Source: Pristiophorus japonicus
Taxonomy: Eukaryota
Reading direction: 5' to 3'
Length of the DNA stretch: 64,000 nt
Assembly (NCBI RefSeq): GCF_044704955.1
Contig: NC_091995.1
Span: 16,182,001-16,246,000 of the forward strand
This document shows, piece after piece, positions 1 through 11,593 of the stretch (position 1 is its first letter; every line of letters starts with the position of its first letter). The translations under genes were made by a program, and so were the position numbers. The notes under the pieces were generated by a model. The model made no database searches, was not told the origin of the DNA, and saw only the letters and a list, made by a program, of their open reading frames with translations.

Positions 1-220
1 GCTCAGTGGACACGGGGTGAACCAAATGGGTACAAACTGGATAATAGTCCATTTTATGGAGACCGGCTGGAGAAATCGGACAAAGATTCATTTTTCAACA
101 ACAGAGTATTTATTATTATCTCCAACTTGATTGAGAAAGACTCAGACACCTATTACTGCTGGATAAACTTAATGCGAGAAGGGCAGAGTTGCGGAAATGG
201 CACCAAATTGGAAGTGACGC
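1..220 (+). CDS. V-set (V-J joined) Ig exon of NKp30/CD28-family-like receptor, copy 1 (5' part outside window)
   Basis: Reads AQWTRGEPNG...IIISNLIEKDSDTYYCWINLMREGQSCGNGTKLEVT. Has the C-strand Trp, DxxxYxC and the J-like GxGT motif. Ends C|GTAAGT (phase 1). Identical to 49996-50215. Confidence 0.9.
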
Positions 221-350
221 GTAAGTTGCAACTTATTGGTTGATAAAGCATGTGTTTTCATTTTCTATTCAAACAGAGCAGGATGAGTTTTGGTCCAATT
301 TTCCGGACTTGTGATAGGCTGGCTGACCCCAGCAATCTGGGCGCCGATTA

Positions 351-780
351 GTGTCAGCTATGGCTCAGTGGTGGCACCCTCGCTTGTGAGCCAGACGTCA
401 TGGGTTAAAGTCCCACTCCAAGGACTTGAGCGCAAAAGTCTAGGCTGACGCTCCAGTGCGGTGCTGCGCTGTCGGACGTGCCGTCATTCGGATGAGACGT
501 TTGCCCTCTCAGGTGGGTGCAAAAGATCGTTTGGCTCTATTTGGAAGAAGAGTTAATCCCCGGTGTCCTGGGGTCAATATTTATCCCTCAATCAACATCA
601 CTAAAAACAGATTACTTGGCCATTATCACATTGCTATTTGTGGGAGCTTGCTGTGCGCAAATTGGTTCCAAGTTTCCCAGTTTACAACAATGACTACACT
701 CCAAAATAGTACTTCATTGGCTGCAAAATGCCTTGGGACGTCTCGTGGTCGCTAAATAAATTCAAGTCTTTCTTTCTTTC
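351..780 (+). mobile_element. tRNA-derived SINE with L2-type tail
   Basis: A-box TGGCTCAGTGG, B-box-like GGTTAAAGTCC, tail ending in (TCTT)n. The same family recurs at 23850, 30070, 33345 and 35219. Confidence 0.75.
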
Positions 781-944
781 ACGGGGATGGGAATACAATC
801 TCAAGTCGCTCCTCTTTGCCATACTCAAATCTTTTTTCTCCTGGAAGGTGCTTGTATGTTTGTGAGTATCAGAGGATAAAATTGGAAGCAAAACGGGTGG
901 ATTAGCATTGGCTGGCTATTATACCACACACCAGATATTCTGTT

Positions 945-1430
945 CTATTGAAGAATGATTCCTGGGATGGGGGGTTGTCCTATGAGGTGAAATTGAGGAG
1001 ACTAGGCCTATCTTCTCTAGAGCTTAGAAGAATGAGAGGTGATCTCATTGAAACATACAACATTCTCACAGGGCTTGACCGGATTGATGCAAGGAGGATG
1101 TTACTTCTGGCTGGGGAATCCGGAACCAGCGGTCACAGCCTCAGAATAAGTGGTCGACCATTTAGGACTGAGATGAGGAGAAATTTATTCACTCAGAGGG
1201 TGGTGAATCTTTGGAATTCTCTACCACAGAAAGCTGTGGAAGCTCCGTTGTTGAGTACATTTAAGAAAGAGATCAATAGATGTTTTGGATATTAAGCGAA
1301 TCAAGGGATATGGGGATAATGCAGGAAAGTGGAGTTGAGGTAGAAGATTTGTCGTGATCTTATTGAATGGTGGAGCAGGCTTGAGGGGCCTAATGGCCGA
1401 ATCCTGCTCCTACCTCTTATCTTCTTATGT
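945..1430 (+). mobile_element. CR1 LINE 3' fragment
   Basis: LGLSSLELRRMRGDLIETY...FTQRVVNLWNSLP (CR1 ORF2 C-terminus) plus CR1 3' UTR. Confidence 0.9.
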
Positions 1431-1527
1431 CCTTATGAAATAAATATCATCTGAACCTGTAACGGGCTCCCAATACCGCTTGTGTTGCCAACCTGCTCAT
1501 GCCCAAGGTGCCTACTTTGATTTAATT

Positions 1528-1855
1528 TGTTTCTGGGATGTGGGCATCACTGGCATGGCCGACATTTATTACCCATCCATAATTGCCCTTGAACAGGTGG
1601 TGGTGAGCCGCCTTCTTGAACCGCTGCAGTCTGCGTGGCAAATGTACTCCCCCACAGTGCTGTTAGGGAGGGAGTTCCAAGATTTTGACCCAGCGCCGAT
1701 GAAGGAAAGGCCGATATATTTTCAAGTCAGGATGGTGTGTGTGACTTGGAGGTGATCTTGGAGGTGGTGGTGTCCCCATGCGTCTGCTGCCCTTGTCCTT
1801 CGAGGCGGCAGAGGTCGTGGGTTTGGGAAGTGCTGCTGAAGAAGCTTGGCAGAGC
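1528..1855 (-). mobile_element. LINE 3' end fragment (second CR1-group family)
   Basis: GGGATGTGGGCATC...GCCTTCTTGAAC block recurs at about 12335, 21800, 40000 and 47605. Family assignment is from memory. Confidence 0.55.
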
Positions 1856-2196
1856 AGGATTGTGATGCTTTTTAGAGTCAAATAGCCAAACTCACCTTCT
1901 GGGCTTAACTTTGAATAATCACCATTAAATTGATATCTTGGGCGCTCCAAGTGAAGAAAAAATCCATGAAGATTCCATGTAATGAGAACATGGGACAAAA
2001 TCAATAAAGGTTGAGGAAAGCGTCTTGACATTTTCTTTATTATTGTTGATGCACCAACAGTAACACAATAGAAGAGCAAATTTTCTGTTTCCATTGTAAT
2101 ACAATCATGTTATTTGTTTTAAGGCAAACAAAACCATTTTCCCTCAGCGTCTTCCTATTTAGATATAAAAATATTGACTTCAACTCCTTATTTCAG

Positions 2197-2316
2197 GCAG
2201 AAAGCAGGAAAAAAAGAAAGGAGATATTATCCTGACACTTGTACTGGGAGGTGTGCTGGTATTGCTGGGGATAACCATCATGATTCTTACAATTCGACTG
2301 ATCAGGCAAAACAAAG
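2197..2316 (+). CDS. Stalk + transmembrane exon, copy 1
   Basis: tttcag| acceptor, phase 1 continues from the V exon: (R)RKQEKKKGDIILTLVLGGVLVLLGITIMILTIRLIRQNK, then G|gtctgt. The hydrophobic core has no charged residue. Confidence 0.88.
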
Positions 2317-2694
2317 GTCTGTATCTTTACAAAACACACTGGTAACCTGTTTAAATATTACACTTTCACTATAGTGCAGGGGAATTACTCTGGCCACTGT
2401 AAATAACAATATAGCAAATGCTTTTGTGGAGCAAGTCAGCATTTCTACTGCAATCGGAATCACATTATTATGAACAACTATTTTAGGGCACCCATAGGAT
2501 TTCACCAGAAATAATAATAGGAGAAAATGTCCATACTCCATTATGATATCGGTGCACATAGCATCCAGAATACCTTCCCTTCCTATCTATGCATTTGTGT
2601 GTCAAAGGTCAATTTTACGAAACTTTAATAAGGAATAGCATTATAAAGTCATTATCCTACAACAATAATATTAATTTTGTTCTTTACCTTTCAG

Positions 2695-2713
2695 TTATCC
2701 TGAGGCTGAAAAG
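2695..2713 (+). CDS. Cytoplasmic micro-exon (19 nt), copy 1
   Basis: Pyrimidine tract + tcag|, AG|gtacag donor. Gives VILRLK in frame. Confidence 0.6.
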
Positions 2714-2804
2714 GTACAGGAAAAGTTAAATCCTAAAGAATTAATGATTATTCATAATATAATGTACTTAATTTTAAATTCAAATATCATCTCACTTATT
2801 ACAG

Positions 2805-2833
2805 AAATCGCAGTGAAGCCAATGCAACATATG
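2805..2833 (+). CDS. Cytoplasmic micro-exon (29 nt), copy 1
   Basis: ttattacag| ... G|gtaagg. Reads RNRSEANATY after the 19-nt exon, or EIAVKPMQHM if that exon is skipped. Confidence 0.7.
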
Positions 2834-3009
2834 GTAAGGAAAATTTAATTGCATTCACGTGACGTAATTTACATTGATCAATACAAAAACACATTTGCAG
2901 ATTATTTTAATCAAAATCATTTCATTTCCAATCAGGTTCTACTGATATGTGTGTGTGCGTATGCGTGTATCTGTATATGTATGTGCATATGTTTGTATGT
3001 GTCTGAGTT

Positions 3010-3255
3010 AAAGAGTGTTTGAAGACCAGGCCCTCAAAACTGTCATCAAGCTCATGGTCTACAGGCCATAGTAATACCCGCCCTGTTGTATGGCTCAGAG
3101 ACGTGGACCATGTACAGCAGACACCTCAAGTCGCTGGAGAAATACCCCAAAGATGTCTCCGCAAGATCCGACAAATCCCCTGGGAGGACAGATGCAGCAA
3201 CATTAGCGCCCTCATCCACACCAACATCCCCAGCATTGAAGCACTGACCAAACTT
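3010..3255 (+). mobile_element. RTE LINE fragment
   Basis: Degenerate RVFEDQAL..KLMVY..LYGSETWTMYSRHLKSLEKY, typical of the RTE ORF C-terminal region. Confidence 0.7.
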
Positions 3256-6200
3256 GAAGGAGGAACTGATGGAAATCCTTATTAGTCGGGAAATTGTGTT
3301 GGGGAAATTGATGCGATTGAAGGCTGATAAATCGCCAGGGCCTGATGGACTGCATCCCAGAGTACTTAAGGAGGTGGCCTTGGAAATAGCGGATGCACTG
3401 ACAGTCATTTTCCAACATTCCATTGACTCTGGATCAGTTCCTATCGAGTGGAGGGTAGCCAATGTAACCCCACTTTTTAAAAAAGGAGGGTGAGAGAAAA
3501 CAGAGAATTATAGACTGGTCAGCCTGACATCGGTAGTGGGTAAAATGATGGAATCAATTATTAAGGATGTCATAGCAGCGCATTTGGAAAGAGGTGACAT
3601 GATAGGTCCAAGTCAGCATGGATTTGTGAAAGGGAAATCATGCTTGACAAATCTTCTGGAATTTTTTGAGGATGTTTCCAGTAAAGTGGACAAGGGGGAA
3701 CCAGTTGATGTGGTGTATTTGGACTTTCAGAAAGCTTTCGACAAGGTCCCACACAAGAGATTAATGTGCAAAGTTAAAGCACATGGGATTGGGGGTAGTG
3801 TGCTGGCGTGGATTGAGAACTGGTTGGCAGACAGGAAGCAAAGAGTAGGAGTAAATGGGTACTTTTCAGAATGGCAGGCAGTGACTAGTGGTGTACCGCA
3901 AGGTTCTGTGCTGGGGCCTCAGCTATTTACATTGTACATTAATATTTAGACGAAGGGATTAAATGTAGTATCTCCAAATTTGCGGATGACACTAAGTTGG
4001 GTGGCAGTGTGAGCTGCGAGAAGGATGCTATGAGGCTACTGAGTGACTTGGATAGGTTAGGTGAGTGGGCAACTGCATGGCAGATGAAGTATAATGTGGA
4101 TAAATGTAAGGTTATCCACTTTGGTGGTAAAAACAGAGAGACAGACTATTATCTGAATGGTGACAGATTAGGAAAAGGGGAGGTGCAACGAGACCTGGGT
4201 GTCATGGTACATCAGTCATTGAAGGTTGGCATGCAGGTACAGCAGGCGGTTAAGAAAGCAAATGGCATGTTGGCCTTCATAGCGAGGGGATTTGAGTACA
4301 GGGGCAGGGAGGTGTTACTACAGTTGTACAGGGCCTTGGTGAGGCCACACCTGGAGTATTGTGTACAATTTTGGTCTCCTAACTTGACATTCTTGCTATT
4401 GAGGGAGTGCAGCGAAGGTTCACCAGACTGATTCCCAGGATGGCGGGACTGACATATCAAGAAAGACTGGGTCAACTGGGCTTGTGTTCACTGGAGTTCA
4501 GAAAAATGAGAGGGGATCTCATAGAAACATATAAAATTCTGACGGGTTTAGACAGGTTAGATGCAGGAAGAATGTTCCCAATGTTGAGGAAGTCCAGAAC
4601 CAGGGGTCACAGTCTAAGGATAAGGGGTAAGCCATTTAGGACCGAGATGAGGAGAAACTTCTTCACCCGGGGAGGAGTTAAACTAATGTGGTAGGGGGAT
4701 GGGAACCAATGCAGGGAGACAGAGGGAAACAAAAAGGAGACAAAAGCAAAACACAGAAAGGAGATGAGTAAAAGTGGAGGGCAGAGAAACCCAAGGCAAA
4801 AAACAAAAAGGGCCACTGAATGTAAAGGGGCTGCAGGAGGGGTCAAAACTAAAAATCATGGATTAAAAACTAGTATTAAAACACTCTACCTAAACGCACG
4901 CAGCATTCGAAATAAAGTAAATGAGTTGACGGCACAAATCATTACAAATGGGCATGATTTGGTGGCCATTACAGAAACGTGGTTGCAGGGTGGCCAAGAC
5001 TGGGAATTAAACATACAGGGGTATCTGACGATTCAGAAAGATAGACAAGAAGGGAAAGGAGGTGGGGTAGCTCTGTTAATAAAGGATGCTATCAGGGCAG
5101 TTGTGAGAGACGATATTGGCTCTGATGAACAAAATGTTGAATCATTGTGCGTGGAGATTAGAGATAGTAAGGGGAAAAAGTCACTGGTGGGCGTAGTTTA
5201 TAGGCCCCCAAATAATAACTTCATGGTGGGGCGGGCAATAATCAAGGAAATAATGGAGGCATGTGAAAAAGGAACGGCAGTAATCATGGGGGATTTTAAC
5301 CTACATATCGATTGGTCTGATCAAATCGCACGAGGTAGCCTGGAGGAGGAATTCATAGAATGCATACGGGATTGTTTCTTACAACAGTATGTTACAGAAC
5401 CTACAAGGGAGCAAGCTATCTTAGATCTGGTCCTGTGTAATGTGGCAGGAATAATAAATGATCTCCTAGTAAAAGATCCTCTCGGAATGAATCATCACAG
5501 TATGGTTGAATTTGTAATACAGATTGAGGGTGAGGAAATAGTGTCTGAAACGAGCATACTATGCTTAAACAAAGGGGACTACAGTAGGATGAGGGCAGAG
5601 TTGGCTAAAGTAGACTGGAAACACAGACTAAACGGTGGCACAATTGAGGAACAGTGGAGGACTTTTAAGGAGCTCTTTCATAGTGCTCAACAAAAATATA
5701 TTCCAATGAAAAAGAAGGGTGGTAAGAGAAGGGATAACCAGCCGTGGATAACCAGGGAAATTAAGGAGAGCATCAAATTAAAAACCAATGCGTATAAGGT
5801 GGCCAAGGTTAGTGGGAAAATAGAAGATTGGGAAAATTTTAAACGACAGCAAAGAATGAATAAGAAAGCAATAAAGAAAGGAAAGATAGATTACGAAGGT
5901 AAACTTGCGCAAAATATAAAAACGGATAGTAAAAGCTTTTACAGATATATAAAACGGAAAAGAGTGACTAAAGTAAATGTTGGTCCCTTAGAAGATGAGA
6001 AGAGGGATTTAATAATGGGAAATGTGGAAATGGCTGAGACCTTAAACAATTATTTTGCTTTGGTCTTCACAGTGGAAGACACAGAAACCATGCCAGAAAT
6101 TGCTGGTCACAGGAATGTGGGAAGGGAGGACCTGGAGACAATGACTATCACTAGGGGGTTAGTGCTGGACTGGCTAATGGGACTCAAGGTAGACAAGTCC

Positions 6201-8005
6201 CCTGGTCCTGATGAAATGCATCCCAGGGTATTAAAAGAGATGGCAGAAGTTATAGCAGATGCATTCGTTATAATCTACCAAAATTCTCTGGACTCTGGGG
6301 AGGTACCAGCGGATTGGAAAGCAGCTAATGTAACGCCTCTGTTTAAAAAAGGGGGCAGACAAAAGGCAGGTAACTATAGGCCGGTTAGTTTAACATCTGT
6401 AGTGGGGAAAATGCTTGAAACTATCATTAAGGAAGAAATAGCGAGACATCGAAATAGGAATAGTGAAATCAAGCAGACGCAGCATGGATTCATGAAGGGG
6501 AAATCATATTTAACTAATTTACTGGAATTCTTTGAGGATATAACGAGCATGGTGGATAGAGGTGTACCGATGGATGTGGTGTATTTAGATTTTCAAACGG
6601 CATTCGATAATGTGCCATACAAAAGGTTACTGCAGAAGATAAAGGTACGCAGGGTCAGAGGAAATGTATTAGCATGGATAGAGAATTGGCTGGCTAACAG
6701 AAAGCAGAGTCGGGATAAATGGGTCCTTTTCAGGTTGGAAATTGGTGGTTAGTGGTGTGCCACAGGGATCGGTGCTGGGACCACAACTGTTTACAATATA
6801 CATAGATGACCTGGAAGAGGGGACAGAGTGTAGTGTAACAAAATTTGCAGATGACACAAAGATTAGTGGGAAAGCGGGTTGTGTAGAGGACACAGAGAGG
6901 CTGCAAAGAGATTTAGATAGGTTTAGAGAATGGGCTAAGGTTTGGCAGATGGAATACAATGTTGGAAAGTGTGAGGTCATCCACCTTGGGAAAAAATACA
7001 AAAAAAGTGAATACTATTTGAATGGGGAGAAATTACAACATGCTGCGGTGCAGAGGGACCTGAGGGTCCTTGTGCATGAATCCCAAAAAGTTAGTTTGCA
7101 GGTGCAGCAGGTAATCAGGAAGGTGAATGGAATGTTGGCCTTCATTGCGAGAGGGATGGAGTACAAAAGCAGGGAGGTCCTTCTGCAACTGTATAGGGTA
7201 TTGGTGAGACCGCACCTGGAGTACTGCGTGCAGTTTTGGTCACCTTACTTAAGGAAGGACATGCTAGCTTTGGAGGGGGTACAGAGACAATTCACTAGGT
7301 TGATTCCGGAGATGAGGGGGTTACCTTATGATGATAGATTGAGTAGACTGGGTCTTTACTCGTTGGAGTTCAGAAGGATGAGGGGTGATCTTATAGAAAC
7401 ATTTAAAATAATGAAAGGGATAGACAAGATAGAGGCAGACAGGTTGTTTCCACTGGTCGGGGAGACTAGAATTAGGGGGCACAGCCTCAAAATACGGGGG
7501 AGCCAATTTAAAACCGAGTTGAGAAGTAATTTCTTCTCCCAGAGGGTTGTGAATCTGTGGAATTCTCTGCCCAAGGAAGCAGTTGAGGCTAGCTCATTGA
7601 ATGTATTCAAGTCACAGATCGATAGATTTTTAACTAATAAGGGAATTAAGGGTTATGGGGAGCGGGCGGGTAAGTGGAGCTGAGTCGACGGCCAGATCAG
7701 CCATGATCTTGTTGAATGGCGGAGCAGGCTCGAGGGGCTAGATGGCCTACTCCTGTTCCTATTCTTATGTTCAGAGAGTGGTGAATATGTGGAATTCTCT
7801 ACCACAGAAAGTTGTTTAGGCCAATTCACTAAATATATTCAAAAAGGAGTTAGATGTAGTCTTTACTACTAGGGGGATCAAGGGGTATGGCGAGAAAGCA
7901 GGAATGGGGTACTGAAATTGCTTTTTCAGCCATGAACTCATTGAATGGCGGTGCAGGCTCGAAGGGCCGAATGGCCTACTCCTGCACCTATTTTCTATGT
8001 TTCTA
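3256..8005 (+). mobile_element. 5'-truncated CR1 (host; 3256-4668 and 7772-8005) interrupted by a younger CR1
   Basis: RT motifs KSPGPDG, YLDFQKAFDKV, GVPQGSVLGP, FADD. AACTTCTTCACC at 4656-4667 rejoins CAGAGAGTGGTGAAT at 7772. Confidence 0.9.
4669..7771 (+). mobile_element. CR1 LINE with near-complete ORF2 (APE endonuclease + RT), frameshifted near 6705
   Basis: ORF 4764-6752 (YLNARS, ITETW, GDFN, LDLVL, KSPGPD) and ORF 6742-7683 (GVPQGSVLGP, KFADD). Has the 3' UTR and TTCTTATG tail. Confidence 0.95.
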
Positions 8006-8380
8006 ATATGTATGTATGTATGTTTTGCATTTGTGTGTAAGTGCGTATGTCTGTATGTGTGTTTATGTATATGTGTATGCACGTGTGTGTTTATATATAT
8101 GTGTGTGTATGTGCATATGTGTGTGTTTATGAGTGTGTATGTGTGTTTATGTATATGTGGATGTGCGTGTGTGTACATGCGTATGTGTGTGTATGTTTTA
8201 TGTATGTGTATATAAGTATGTGTGTGTGTATTTATGAATATGTGTGTTTATGTTTATGTATGTGTATGCGTGTGTGTATGTGTGTATGCATGTGTATTTA
8301 CATACATGTGTATGCGTGTGTGTGTATGTGGTTTGTGTATGTGTGTTTATGTATGTGTGTATGCGTGTGTGTGTGTGTGT
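8005..8380. repeat. Degenerate (GT)/(TATG) microsatellite
   Basis: Seen directly. ORFs here are low-complexity artefacts. Confidence 0.95.
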
Positions 8381-8436
8381 TGCATTGTGTAATTCTGAGA
8401 TATTCTCTATCATCGTCTCTCCTCTCATTTTCACAG

Positions 8437-8462
8437 ATCCAGCCAATCTACAGCCAACACAA
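8437..8462 (+). CDS. Cytoplasmic micro-exon (26 nt), copy 1
   Basis: ctcctctcattttcacag| ... CAA|gtaaga. Reads DPANLQPTQ (phase 1 entry) or IQPIYSQH (phase 0 entry). Confidence 0.72.
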
Positions 8463-8625
8463 GTAAGAACTATCGGATGATGAAATGTTTTCTGTGTTCA
8501 ATGACAGCTGGTCCTGGTGTACAATAAGGCTCCTGTAATTGGCCAAACACTTAACTCTGTTCTCTATATACTTTCAATATCCTATATGTGCTTGTGAAGG
8601 ATTTCCCCTGTTATGTATGTTTTAG

Positions 8626-8662
8626 GGATGTGCTTATACTTGGCAGTAAAATGAAACCAGAG
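8626..8662 (+). CDS. Candidate cytoplasmic micro-exon (37 nt); has TAA at 8647-8649 in one frame
   Basis: tgttttag| ... GAG|gtaatg. Phase 0 gives GCAYTWQ*NETR; phase 2 gives DVLILGSKMKPE. Confidence 0.45.
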
Positions 8663-8791
8663 GTAATGACAATCAAAAGTAGTGTTTAAGGGGACGCAGT
8701 GCACCAGCATTATTCAACTCCAGCCCCGACTGATGGGCTGAAAGGTTCCTCTTTCCGTTGATTGCAACCGGTCATATCTTCCCAATGGACA

Positions 8792-9011
8792 TTTTTTTTT
8801 TTTTTTTTTTAATTCGTAGCCAATCGTTCCAATTCTTTGTCAAATCACAAACGCCAGAGGTCACCTTGCACATGCCAAGGATCACTCTGCGCCAATGCTC
8901 TTAGCCAAAAGGCCTAGAGCCACTGCACCGTTCCTGGAAGTACTGCAATACCAGGTTCGTGCCATGGAGGTGGATGGGTCAGGTCCCCCACACACCTCCG
9001 TGGAGGTGGAT
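8792..9011 (-). mobile_element. Poly(A)-tailed retroposon containing U2 snRNA-derived segments
   Basis: 19-nt T run at 8792-8810 and CCAATGGACA direct repeat at 8782-8791 and 9012-9021. Minus strand has ACCTGGTATTGCAGTACTTCCAGGAACGGTGCA (U2 3' stem-loop IV) followed by GGCCTTTTGGCTAAGAGCA (U2 5' stem-loop I). Confidence 0.8.
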
Positions 9012-9290
9012 CCAATGGACATTGAACCACAGCACCAAATCTACCCCAAAAAAGGACAATTGGCATTAAATTGGGGACGCGTTTATTTGTACTGCCAAAG
9101 TGGCCAGCATGCTCCACCCTTTGTGTCTGATTGGTCCCCTTGGAGGATAAGCCACACCCTGATGTTTCACAGGAATGTGTAACTGGAACCGCCCATCCCA
9201 AGGTCTCGCTGACTTTGCAAATTGTAACTCGATCTACTTTGACTTCCTGAGCGACAGAGGACAGAGCTCCCCAGAAGACAGCAAGGGCCA

Positions 9291-9470
9291 ACCAAAGTGC
9301 CTTACCCCAGTCCAAATGCATGGCTGGCCCAGCCAAATTGCCTTACCCCAGTCTAAATGTATGCCTCTGCCAGCCAAAGTGCCTTACCCAAGTCCAAATG
9401 CATGCCTTCCCCAGCCAAACTCCTGTACCCAGTCCAAGTGCATGCCTGCCTCAGCCAAAAGTGCCTTCCT
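9291..9470. repeat. ~40-bp minisatellite, about 4.5 copies
   Basis: Unit approximately CAGCCAAAGTGCCTTACCCCAGTCCAAATGCATGCCT. Confidence 0.85.
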
Positions 9471-9639
9471 ATGCCTCCCCCCCACCCCCCATCATAGATA
9501 TCATAGATATCATAGATGTGGAAGGCATTGTGTACGGATTGTTAACAGGTTTATTGGATATGAAGGGAATGGTGTCCACTCCAACTATGTCCCTTTTAGG
9601 GGATTGGAAGAACATGATCCATCTTTGACAAGTTCCCTC

Positions 9640-11090
9640 TCTCCCATCCGATTCCTCCCCCCCCCACCCCACCCACATCTCTCACTCTCCCCCCAGCCTC
9701 ACTCTCCCCGCCCCACCCCTCAGACTCTCTCTCTCTCCCCCCAGCCCAGGCTCTCTCTTTCTCTCTCCCCCCACCCCAGGCTCTCTCTCCCCCTGCCCAC
9801 CCCAGCCTCTCTCTCCCCGCCCCAACCCCCAAGCTCTCTCTGTCCCCCACCGCCCGCCCCCCCCAGCCTCTCTCTCCCCACCCCACCCCCCCCCCAAGCT
9901 CTCTCTCTCCCCCACCGACGCCCCCAGCCTCTCTCTCCCCACCCCACCTCCCAGGCTCTCTCTCTCTCACCCCCGCCTCTCTCACTCTCTCCCAAGCCCA
10001 ACCCAGGCTCACTCTCTCTCCCTCTCTCTCTGCCCCCCCCCCACCCCAGGCTCGCTCACTCTCCCCCCACCCCAGGCTCTTCCCCCCCTCCCCCCCCTCC
10101 ACAAGTTCTCTCTCTCCCCCCACCCTAGACTCCCTCTCTCTCCCTCCCCGCAATCTCTCTCTCTCTCCTCCCCCCCCCCCCGCAATCTCTCTCACTCTCT
10201 CTTCCCCACCAATCTCGCTCTCCCCCCCCCCAATCTCGCTCGCCTCTCCCCCCCAGTCTCCCTCTTCCTCTCCCAAATCTCTCTCTCTTCCTCCCCCCAA
10301 TCGCTCTTTCTCTCCCTCCCCAATCTCTCGCTCTCCCTCCCCAATCTCTCTCTCTCTCTCTCCCTCCCCACAATGTTGCTCTCTCTCTCCCTCCCCCAAT
10401 CTGTCTCTCTCCCTTCCTCCCCCCAATCTCTCTCTCCCTCCCCCAATCTCTCTCTCTCCCTCCCCCCAATCTCTCTTTCTCCCTCCCTCCCCCCAATCTC
10501 TCTCTTCCTCCCCCCAATCTCTCTCTTCCTCCCCCCAATCTCTCTCTCCCTCCCCAATTTCTCTCTCCCTCCCCCAATCTCTCTCTCTCTCCCTCCCCCC
10601 AATCTCTCTTTCTCCCTCCCTCCCCCAATCTCTCTCTCTCTCTCTCCCTCCCCACAATCTCTCTCTCCCTCCATCCAATCTCTCTCTCCCTCCCTCCCCC
10701 CAATCTCTCTCTCTTCCTCCCCCCCAATCTCTCTTTCCCTCTCTCCCCAATCTCTCTCTCCCTCCCCACAATGTCGCTCTGTCTCCCTCCCCCCAATCTC
10801 GCTCGCGCGCTCTCTCTTTCCCTCCCCCAATCTCTCTCCCTCCCCCAATCTCTCTCTCTCCCTCCCTCCCCCCAATCTCTCTCTTCCTCCCCCCAATCTC
10901 TCTCTCCCTCCCCCTCCCCACAATCTCTCTCTCCCTCCATCCAATCTCTCTCTCTCTCCCTCCCCCCCAAATCTCTCTCTCTCTCTCTCTCCCTCCCCAC
11001 AATCTCTCTCTCCCTCCATCCAATCTCTCTCTCTCTCCCCCTCCTCCCAATCTCTCTCTCTCTTTCTCCCCGTCCCCCCGCCGCCGCCGC
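9640..11090. repeat. Polypyrimidine (CT-rich) satellite
   Basis: CCCCAG(G)CTCTCT units grading into CCCCAATCTCTCT units. Length differs in copy 2. Confidence 0.95.
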
Positions 11091-11552
11091 TCTCCCCCTT
11101 CCGCCGCTTAGGACTCGCGGCTCAGCGGGAGGCTCGGTCGGCGCTCGATCGAAGGAGCAGGCTCGCAGAGGAGCAGCAGCTCGGTCAGCTCGTGGAGCAA
11201 CAACGTGGTCGAACTGATCGCAGGATCCCACTGCCGGTTCGGGGCCCCACTGCTCTCCCCGCCCCAGCTTCTCTCTCTCCACCCTCACTCCCCCATCCTC
11301 TCTCCCGCCATTAGCCCCCTGCTGCCATCAGGCCCAGGCCGGCCGGGGGCGAAAAGAGCCTCAGGTCCTGTTTCTCTGCACCACGCGAATGGAATGACTC
11401 GGGCCGGGGGGAGAGCTTGACAGGTGGCGGGGCTTGTCATCTGTCGGTCAAAAAAGTGCAGTACGGGCACTGGTGGGATCAGGGCTGGACAGACCTGTCA
11501 AAAAAAGTGCATTCAAATAATTAGTCCCTTCAATTGGTCATCTCAATTTCAG

Positions 11553-11593
11553 CGTTTATAAGCTGTGAAAGTGGAAATGTTCAGACTCGGAGT
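11553..11593 (+). CDS. Candidate cytoplasmic micro-exon (41 nt), copy 1
   Basis: tctcaatttcag| ... AGT|gtaaga. Open only with phase 1 entry (xFISCESGNVQTRS) and exits in phase 0. Confidence 0.42.

Larger units (their letters stand above)
8704..11505. mobile_element. Unclassified ~2.8 kb non-coding insertion in an intron
   Basis: AGTGCA flanks both ends (8698-8703, 11506-11511). Terminal hairpins, internal minisatellite and CT tract. Removing it leaves an intron of about 80 nt. Confidence 0.4.

Noticed and set aside
4764-7683. Active CR1
   Set aside because: ORF1 and 5' UTR are missing and ORF2 is frameshifted in both copies.
7816-8480. Cys/Val/Tyr- and His/Thr-rich ORFs
   Set aside because: Translations of the GT/TA microsatellite; only 8437-8462 is exon-like.
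9145-9161. U1 snRNA-like 17-mer on the minus strand (CAGGGTGTGGCTTATCC)
   Set aside because: Short, outside the TSD-bounded element, and the similarity does not extend.
9291-9470. CRISPR-like array
   Set aside because: Contiguous degenerate tandem units without unique spacers, in eukaryotic DNA.
9175-11314. Long Pro/Ser/Leu- and Gly/Glu/Arg-rich ORFs (also 59171-61500)
   Set aside because: Open in several frames on both strands because of the CT satellite; frames differ between the two copies.
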